Virus record (IMG/VR): IMGVR_UViG_3300017911_000967
Span: 1 to 64,000 of that record
Direction: 5' to 3' (one strand)
Length of the DNA: 64,000 nt
DNA from: a virus
Lineage: Duplodnaviria > Caudoviricetes
In this document: in pieces, positions 58,501 to 64,000 of the stretch
How the letters are laid out: every line of letters starts with the position of its first letter
Numbering within the stretch: position 1 is the stretch's first letter
Translations under genes and position numbers: made by a program
The notes under the pieces: generated by a model
What the model was told of the DNA's origin: nothing
What the model saw: only the letters and a program-made list of their open reading frames with translations
The model's database searches: none

Positions 58501-60360
58501 ACATACACGCGCACCCGTGCTGGTACCTATACTGGTAACTACTCTCGCGCATATGTACGTTGGCGCAGTCAACAATATACACGTACTCAGAACTATTCAA
58601 GAACTCGAGCTGCGGCTTACACACGTGATCGAGTCACTAACTTCGCAGGTAACTTCGGTGGTACGTATACGCGTACTCGTGCTGGTAACTACACTGGTAA
58701 CTACGCACGTACTCGTGCTGGTAACTACACTGGTAACTACGCTCGCACGTCAACACGTACACGTTACTCTGCATACGCAAGAACTCGCGTTGCGACAGGT
58801 ACTTACACGCGTAACCGCGCTGCGACACTATACTACACTGGTGACTTTGTAGGTAACTTCGCAGGTGCATACACACGCACATCAACACGTACATCTACTA
58901 GGCCTGGTTACTACACACGTACACTAACTTACGCAGGTAACTACGTAGGTAACTATACGACAACGTTCACTGGCGACTTCGTCGGTAACTATGCGCGTAA
59001 CTTTGTGGGTGACTATGTTGGTAACTTCGTAGGTAACTATGCGCGTGGATTTGCTGGTAACTTTGCTGGTAACTTTGTAGGTGAATATGCACGTACTCGT
59101 GTAACGAACTACACTCGTACTCGTAACTCTGCGTACACACGTAACCGCACACAGAACTTTGCGAACTCTTACGCTCGCACACGTGAAACAAACTTCACTG
59201 GTTACTACACACGCAACCGTGCATCCGCATACGCTCGTACTCGTTACAGCGCATACGCTCGCACACGTGTAACTAACTACGTAGGTGACTTCACACGCGA
59301 TTCAACCCGCACATCTACTCGTAACCGTGTTCCGACATACACTCGTGATCGTGTAACTAACTTCGCTGGTAACTTCGTAGGAAACTACGCAACAACGTTT
59401 ACCGGAGACTTCGTTGGTAACTACGCACGTGGATTTGCTGGTGAATATGCTGGTAACTTTACTGGTAACTATGCTCGTACTTCAACGCGCACTCGTTACT
59501 CTGCATACGCACGTACTCGTGTATCTGCATACGTCCGCAACCGTGGATCATCATACACCCGTGACCGTGTAACTAACTTTGCTGGTGACTTCGTAGGTAA
59601 CTACGCTCGCACCTTCTCTGGTCAGTACACACGTCAGTTCGTTGGTGAGTATGTTGGTGATTACGTAGGAACGTTCGCAGGTAACTACGTTGGTAACTTC
59701 ACTCGTGGATTCGGTGGAAACTACGTCGGTAACTATGCACGTGGATTTGCTGGTAACTACGTAGGAAACTATAACCGTAGTTTCTTAGGTGAGTACACTG
59801 GTGCTTACTCTGGTACTTACTCTCGTGGATTTGCGGGTAACTATGTAGGTAACTACAACCGTGGGTTCGTTGGTGAGTACACTGGCGCTTACAACCGTAC
59901 ATTCACAGGTAACTACTCTCGTGACTTCTCCGGTCAGTACACACGCGACTTTGCTGGTGACTTCGTAGGTAACTACAGTCGTCAGTTCGCAGGTGAGTAC
60001 ACTGGTGCTTATGCGCGTGACTTCGTAGGTAACTTCGTGGGTAACTACAACCGTGGTTTCGTTGGTGAGTACACTGGTGCTTACTCTCGTGACTTCGTAG
60101 GTAACTACTCTCGTGTCCGTGTATCTGCATACGCACGTATCAGAACGTCTTCTTACTCAGGAGCATACACACGTGACCGTGTTTCTTCTTACGTAGGTGA
60201 CTTTACTGGTAACTATACTCGTAACTTTGGTGGTAACTACACCCGTGACTTTGCTGGAAACTACGCACGTAGCTTCGTCGGTAACTACATCGGTGCAACC
60301 ATCTCTGATACACAGACCCACGTTACTGATACATATACATTATATGTAAGGGTTGCATAA
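55552..60360 (+). CDS. 1602-aa tetrapeptide-repeat protein, predicted fold-back fibre with central tip domain
   Basis: N-terminal domain (~aa 1-267), repeat arm 1 (~268-873), non-repetitive aromatic-rich domain (~874-973), repeat arm 2 (~974-1582); late promoter. Confidence 0.85.
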   Translation: MSASSIPLKIQNANGDLQEFTPSDELFLSYAVGQALVAAASNDVGNISLTEGQSIGSFVDSYYNEISGTHPASQITGASVTTTLKQVSGPADESGADFVRPVGYYDVDPNPGFYEMVDGDLDNLAGRVLSNLVQNDYIGTFKLSATQPSADYTKFIDSVFSDTHGNGAGGTVVTNYHIWMRTSMTAVAPVRPVATSYDGSGFNGLREMTDAQIQYTLGQRIKSLRATSGAIGSYQLRSTAQGAPTVPGTWVSVGTAQNTRRTPVDVAYARTRVSSYNRARVSAYTRTRTSSYTRNSVSTFTRTFVGNYVGAYSRDFVGNYSRDFVGNYSRTRPSSYSGTYARTRVSSYSRTRLTAFTGYFAGTYSRARVSVYTRNRVTPFTGTFSRNRTSSYTRGRVSSYVGTYARTRVSSYSADYTRNRVSTYSGTYAGTYSRLRVSAYAGTYTRNRVSSYAGTYTRTRVSAYATDFTRVREQNFAGTYTGYYTGVFSRARVSTYTRNRVTGFAGNFIGNYSRNFQGNYSRNFVGNYSRGFAGNFVGNYSRVSTRTSTRTRYSAYARTRITNYVGDFARDRVTNFAGNFVGNYARTFVGNYGGNYIGNYARDFVGNYVGNYARAYVGNYSRGFVGNYGRNFLGNFVGNYSRNFLGDFVGNYARGFVGDFVGNFVGNYARTSTRTSTRTRYSAYARTRATNYTRTRGSSYARTRVTNYVGNFTRTSTRSRPSTFSYARTLYYAGDFVGNYGRTRVTNYTRASAVGVTYTGNYTRNLYYVGNYARAFAGDFVGNYARNRAFSYVGNYARNRAFSYAGNYSRTRVTNFAGNFVGNYARNFVGNYSRQAGFSRNYAGNYSRNFTRARSFSFAGNYTRTVTSTRTSTGTTWVNLPNGSTGPTSAGHTYIYYNEDRDRWIGKINGQWLYSNYSGNRFYYFGSTPGAIGTTFSTVAYNGSPAGFWRVGVSYYDTNDDRDYHYIQQQSTNSYTGNFVGNLTYTRTRAGTYTGNYSRAYVRWRSQQYTRTQNYSRTRAAAYTRDRVTNFAGNFGGTYTRTRAGNYTGNYARTRAGNYTGNYARTSTRTRYSAYARTRVATGTYTRNRAATLYYTGDFVGNFAGAYTRTSTRTSTRPGYYTRTLTYAGNYVGNYTTTFTGDFVGNYARNFVGDYVGNFVGNYARGFAGNFAGNFVGEYARTRVTNYTRTRNSAYTRNRTQNFANSYARTRETNFTGYYTRNRASAYARTRYSAYARTRVTNYVGDFTRDSTRTSTRNRVPTYTRDRVTNFAGNFVGNYATTFTGDFVGNYARGFAGEYAGNFTGNYARTSTRTRYSAYARTRVSAYVRNRGSSYTRDRVTNFAGDFVGNYARTFSGQYTRQFVGEYVGDYVGTFAGNYVGNFTRGFGGNYVGNYARGFAGNYVGNYNRSFLGEYTGAYSGTYSRGFAGNYVGNYNRGFVGEYTGAYNRTFTGNYSRDFSGQYTRDFAGDFVGNYSRQFAGEYTGAYARDFVGNFVGNYNRGFVGEYTGAYSRDFVGNYSRVRVSAYARIRTSSYSGAYTRDRVSSYVGDFTGNYTRNFGGNYTRDFAGNYARSFVGNYIGATISDTQTHVTDTYTLYVRVA
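56353..60297 (+). repeat. 12-nt (tetrapeptide) periodic repeat region: YxRx / Rxxx / (F,Y)xGx
   Basis: Units such as YART, RVSS, FVGN; interrupted at about 58171-58470. Confidence 0.9.
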
Positions 60361-60395
60361 GCGACCCTTCTATGTTATAATAGAAGTCTGAATAC

Positions 60396-60420
60396 AGGTG
60401 GGTCTTCGGACCCACTTTAT
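60396..60420 (+). terminator. terminator with cUUCGg loop
   Basis: GTGGGTC-TTCG-GACCCAC-TTT. Confidence 0.8.
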
Positions 60421-60467
60421 TAGTCATATACATAGATTTGAATTGAACCCTTTTGGAGAATGAGTAA

Positions 60468-60929
60468 ATGAGTTATAGACGTTGGATGGACAACGCTTTT
60501 TGGGAAACAGAAGAGAAGAAAGAACTAAACTGTATCCTAGAAATGGAAGATGATGTGGGTCGTGTCACCCGTCAACAGATGTTGTTGGCAAGACATGATC
60601 GTGATGGAAATCCTAACGAGTTGTTTGCGGAAGTCGTGGACGCACTTGGTGAAGAGTTGATCGATAAGGAAACTACCGATCGAGTCGAACGCAAAGCTGC
60701 GGAGGCGGAAGAAGAGAAACAACGTGAGTTAGAACATCAAAAGGCAAGGAAGCTTGAGAAACTGTTCAACTACAAACTAGAAGCGTTTGAGGTTGAAGAG
60801 ATCAAGAACTCTAAGAACCGCAAGTTGAAGGCAAAATTGCGTCGTGCAAAATCAAAGATTGAAGTAGATATGTACTCAATCATGATTCTACAAGACCAAC
60901 TAGAGGCCGAGACAGATGGAAAAGAGTAA
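60468..60929 (+). CDS. hypothetical charged helical protein (possible fibre chaperone)
   Basis: GGAG RBS; LE.LF..KLEAFE..EIKNS motif. Confidence 0.65.
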   Translation: MSYRRWMDNAFWETEEKKELNCILEMEDDVGRVTRQQMLLARHDRDGNPNELFAEVVDALGEELIDKETTDRVERKAAEAEEEKQRELEHQKARKLEKLFNYKLEAFEVEEIKNSKNRKLKAKLRRAKSKIEVDMYSIMILQDQLEAETDGKE

Positions 60930-61653
60930 AGGGTTTATTATCGTTGCGTCAAAGAAGCGCAACTTTTATTTGTACGCAATCAATCTTGCAGAGTCTCTCA
61001 GGGACTACTATGAACCAGAAGAGGAATGCAAGATCTGTTTGGTGACTGAGGAACGATTCCTTGATGACCGTGGTCGAGATGTCGCAGACGATATTCTCTT
61101 ATGTGACGATCACTACCGCGCTAAGTTATGGGGTATGGCGAAATCGCCGTATGACCTAACGATGTATATCGATGCTGATATGGAAGTAGAACACGAAGAC
61201 ATCTGTAAAGTTTGGGATGAAATGAAGGACCATGATGTGGTCTTTACTGCTTTGACAGATGATCGTGACTACATATATGCAGAACGTGACTTTGACACTC
61301 CAGAGGGTGTTTCTAAGTTCACACTATGCGGTGCAGTATGTTTATATGATATGTCCAAACCGATTGTGCGTGAATTCATGAATGATTGGTGGGACTTGAC
61401 ATTCAGACAGATGAATGACACTTGGTGGCCAGACGGGTATGCGGACAGTCTCAAATCTTGGGACCAGTTCTCACTCTGGTGGTTGACTGAGAAAGAAGAA
61501 AAGTATAAGGATCTCAAAGTTGGAATCTTTGATGACGACTTGAGATGGAACTACTACAACGCACTTAATTGGGCAATAACAAAACCAGAAACAGGGCCAG
61601 TGATTATCCGTCACTTCTCTGCTGGTCTTAATAAGGATACACCAATCGTATGA
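60916..61653 (+). CDS. GT-A glycosyltransferase-like protein
   Basis: RAKLWGM..SPYD.TMYIDAD, WDQF.LWW, RWN, IRH. Confidence 0.7.
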   Translation: MEKSKGFIIVASKKRNFYLYAINLAESLRDYYEPEEECKICLVTEERFLDDRGRDVADDILLCDDHYRAKLWGMAKSPYDLTMYIDADMEVEHEDICKVWDEMKDHDVVFTALTDDRDYIYAERDFDTPEGVSKFTLCGAVCLYDMSKPIVREFMNDWWDLTFRQMNDTWWPDGYADSLKSWDQFSLWWLTEKEEKYKDLKVGIFDDDLRWNYYNALNWAITKPETGPVIIRHFSAGLNKDTPIV

Positions 61654-62357
61654 CACAGTTAAACGACCAATATCTAAAGCACGTCGAAGTTAAGAACCCT
61701 GAGTTGCTTGCGATTCTGGACAACTACGCTGGACTACCGAAGATTCCTGGCTTTGCAGAGAACTGTCACTGCACTTCTCAGGAACGTATTCGTCAGCGTA
61801 ACTGGTACGTTGGACCAAAGTACATGCAAGAGATTGTAGATGAGGGAACGCAACACGAAGGTTTCCCAGATGAGATGGTAGGTTATAACTTTAAACTATC
61901 AGATCGCGCTCACCAGATGTTCGAGTCAGATGCAGATCCAATCTTCAAGCGTGACATGACGCACATGTTGTCAGATTTAAACGACAAGATGATGAACTTC
62001 CTGTCAGTCAAGCACAATGCGCTTGCAGCGGTATACCCGCCAGGCGGTTTCATTGCATGGCACAACAACGCTAACGCGCCAGGATTCAATCTAATCTTCT
62101 CTTACTCAGAGAGTGGTTCAGGTTGGTTCGACTACATCCATCCGGAAACTAAAGAAGTTATCCGTTGTCAAGACAAGCCAGGTCAGTGGACTTGCAAGGC
62201 AGCATACTTCGGACACTACGGAGAAGAAGAGAAACTAATGTATCACGCTGCATCTTCAGAAGATGATTGGCGCGTAACAGTTTCTTACGTCTTCGACTGG
62301 TCTGAGACTTCAGAAGAATTCCGTGAGATGGTCTTAGAAGACATCGCTTCAGAATAA
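61650..62357 (+). CDS. 2OG-Fe(II) oxygenase-like (double-stranded beta-helix) protein
   Basis: YPPGGFIAWHNN...YHAA...WRVTVSY. Confidence 0.65.
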   Translation: MTQLNDQYLKHVEVKNPELLAILDNYAGLPKIPGFAENCHCTSQERIRQRNWYVGPKYMQEIVDEGTQHEGFPDEMVGYNFKLSDRAHQMFESDADPIFKRDMTHMLSDLNDKMMNFLSVKHNALAAVYPPGGFIAWHNNANAPGFNLIFSYSESGSGWFDYIHPETKEVIRCQDKPGQWTCKAAYFGHYGEEEKLMYHAASSEDDWRVTVSYVFDWSETSEEFREMVLEDIASE

Positions 62358-62372
62358 AACAAAATATCTCGC

Positions 62373-62418
62373 ACCCTAAGTTGTATAAATAGACACAGAA
62401 CGTTTATACACTTAGGGT
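62373..62418 (+). promoter_or_regulatory. late promoter embedded in an RBS-sequestering hairpin
   Basis: ACCCTAAG-T-TGTATAAA / TTTATACA-CTTAGGGT; TATAAATA at 62384-62391. Confidence 0.75.
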
Positions 62419-62428
62419 CTTGATGACT

Positions 62429-62779
62429 ATGGCAACTTACGAAGACTTCACAATTGATCAGGGTGCAGACCTAGCTCTACAGATAGAGTTAGTGAATCCG
62501 GACGGATCTAAGAAAGATCTTACTGGTTATACTGCCTATGCGAAGATGAAGAAGACGTATAGAAGTGAGGAGTCAATAGACTTCACTGCCGTGATTCCCG
62601 ATCCTTCACTCGAAGGTATCGTCACACTATCCCTTACTAATTTACAAACCGACGCTCTATCCACTCGTGGTAGATATGTCTATGATGTTGAAATTGCTTT
62701 CGTCGATCATGAAGGTCACACCATTATAGAAAGAATACTAGAAGGTAAGATAAAAGTCAACCCTTCTGTCACGAGGTAA
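62429..62779 (+). CDS. virion structural protein (BppU-N/Ig-like)
   Basis: IDQGAD......DLTGY.A....K, GRYVYDVEI, RILEG...V.P.VT. Confidence 0.75.
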   Translation: MATYEDFTIDQGADLALQIELVNPDGSKKDLTGYTAYAKMKKTYRSEESIDFTAVIPDPSLEGIVTLSLTNLQTDALSTRGRYVYDVEIAFVDHEGHTIIERILEGKIKVNPSVTR

Positions 62780-62783
62780 CGAC

Positions 62784-63665
62784 ATGCCGATAAGAAGAAT
62801 AGGTGGAACAACAGGCGTAGCATCCATAAGTGGTTTTGGTTCTGGAACCAAAGTCAAACGTGTTACTGTCGGTAGACCTATCAGTAATGTCGTACAGAAT
62901 ATCGGTGCGAACATCAAGACGTTTGATGGACTTGGTGATATTCCCAGTATTGAAGAGTTAAAACTGGGCGAGATCGGTATAAATACTCAAGACGGCAAAC
63001 TCTATATCAAACGTGAGTATGATGGTGGAGTTCAAACCATTGTGGAGATTGGCGCGGTAGGTGAAGGAAATCTATCTGCGACAACCACGTTCAACGCATA
63101 CATCTATACCTCTGACGGAACACTAGAGGTTATTACGGGTGCAGACGATAAGGGAAACATACTACAGTATGACCCAGATCCGAATACACCATCTCGAATT
63201 CAAGTATATCTCAACGGTGTCTTACTCCACCAAGGAATGGACTACGTTGCTGATGATGGGGTTTCAATAACCCTAACCCACGTAGTAGACGAAGAGCAAG
63301 TTATCCAAGTCGCTGCGTATAACTCAACAGGCGTTTCTTTTGGAAACGACTTAATCCTAGATGATCATTTTGCCTTTGTTGTAGGCACAAATGAAGAAAC
63401 CCGACTCTATCATAATGGAACCGACACCGTCCTTAAACACTTGGGATTCAACGAAAGTCGGTTCAAGATTCAATATGAGAATGATGATAGATTAGTTATG
63501 AACGCTTCAGGTGTTCAGTTAAAGGGAAACTACACCCTCAACGGACAACCCGTTGCAAGCCAAGTAGAAGTAGATGCTCTTAATGCTCGAATCGATGGTC
63601 TCGATTCTGACTTACAGGAAGTGACTGAACTACTACAAGAACTACTTCAGTTCCGACAATCATAA
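62784..63665 (+). CDS. virion structural / fibre-associated protein
   Basis: L..GEIGINT.DGKLYIK motif; VYLNGV.L..G.DY...DG..ITL module; C-terminal coiled coil. Confidence 0.7.
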   Translation: MPIRRIGGTTGVASISGFGSGTKVKRVTVGRPISNVVQNIGANIKTFDGLGDIPSIEELKLGEIGINTQDGKLYIKREYDGGVQTIVEIGAVGEGNLSATTTFNAYIYTSDGTLEVITGADDKGNILQYDPDPNTPSRIQVYLNGVLLHQGMDYVADDGVSITLTHVVDEEQVIQVAAYNSTGVSFGNDLILDDHFAFVVGTNEETRLYHNGTDTVLKHLGFNESRFKIQYENDDRLVMNASGVQLKGNYTLNGQPVASQVEVDALNARIDGLDSDLQEVTELLQELLQFRQS

Positions 63666-63694
63666 AAATAAAGTGTGGTTGAACTCGTTTTTAG

Positions 63695-63702
63695 TATAAA
63701 TA
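63695..63702 (+). promoter_or_regulatory. late promoter
   Basis: TATAAATA. Confidence 0.7.
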
Positions 63703-63738
63703 AAAACAGTATATTAACTACCCTTAGTACTCCAAGAT

Positions 63739-64000
63739 ATGATCAATAATAAGTCCTTTAACAGGGTACTTGCCGAAAGTCTGTTCAATCTGGCTAAAAA
63801 GAAGCAGGAAGAAGTTTCCTCTACTCCAGGCCAAGAAAAGATTTTATTCGAACTTATCGAAGGTACCTCATCATCAACAAATGATCGTACTGTCATTCCC
63901 GAAGCACAGGCGTTCATTGCTCCAGGCGACACCGCCCTATTCACATTGAACGGAACTCCGGCACGTGATGACTTAATTGATGTATGGGTTAATGATGTAC
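63739..64000 (+). CDS. structural protein, truncated at the window end (MINNKSFNRVLAES...)
   Basis: Open frame to the end of the window, downstream of a late promoter. Confidence 0.6.
   Translation, partial: MINNKSFNRVLAESLFNLAKKKQEEVSSTPGQEKILFELIEGTSSSTNDRTVIPEAQAFIAPGDTALFTLNGTPARDDLIDVWVNDV

Noticed and set aside
56353-60297. Possible CRISPR array or DGR template/variable repeats in the periodic region
   Set aside because: Repeats are degenerate, in-frame and codon-wobbled, with no constant repeat plus unique spacer; no reverse transcriptase or adenine-specific variant pair seen
1-64000. tRNA genes, introns/inteins, homing endonucleases, alternative genetic code
   Set aside because: None recognised by eye; core genes are intact under the standard code. 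tRNAscan-SE and Infernal would be needed to exclude small RNAs

Overview
A 64-kb segment of a T4-like (Tevenvirinae/Kyanoviridae-type) myophage genome. The host cannot be assigned from the sequence. No rRNA, tRNA, CRISPR array or mobile element was seen. 1-14.4 kb is a mixed accessory/late region: DUF932-like protein, T4-type lysozyme, HAD nucleotidase, 3TM holin-like protein, thermonuclease, and a set of glycan-tailoring enzymes (carbamoyltransferase, several glycosyltransferases, radical SAM/SPASM, sulfotransferase-like), two of them directly behind TATAAATA late promoters. 14.4-21.6 kb holds small early genes behind repeated sigma70-type promoters, followed by gp33 and gp32. 23-28 kb (minus strand) holds a methyltransferase, gp4, gp2, gp54, gp26, gp51 and a tape-measure-like protein. 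28-64 kb is the baseplate/fibre module: gp48, gp53, hub, gp5, gp25, gp6, gp7-like, a giant collagen fibre, gp8, VrlC-like protein and further fibres. Three observations stand out. (1) A 1602-aa tetrapeptide-repeat protein has two ~600-aa arms that mirror each other in register and are complementary in residue type around a central tip domain, implying a very long fold-back antiparallel fibre. (2) gp51 has no start codon and is apparently reached by a -1 frameshift at a U8 run at the end of gp26, directly upstream of the tape-measure-like gene, as in lambda G/GT. (3) Both low-complexity fibre genes are followed by their own glycosyltransferase plus 2OG-Fe(II) oxygenase pair, suggesting dedicated post-translational modification of virion fibres. 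Family assignments are from motif recognition, not database searches.
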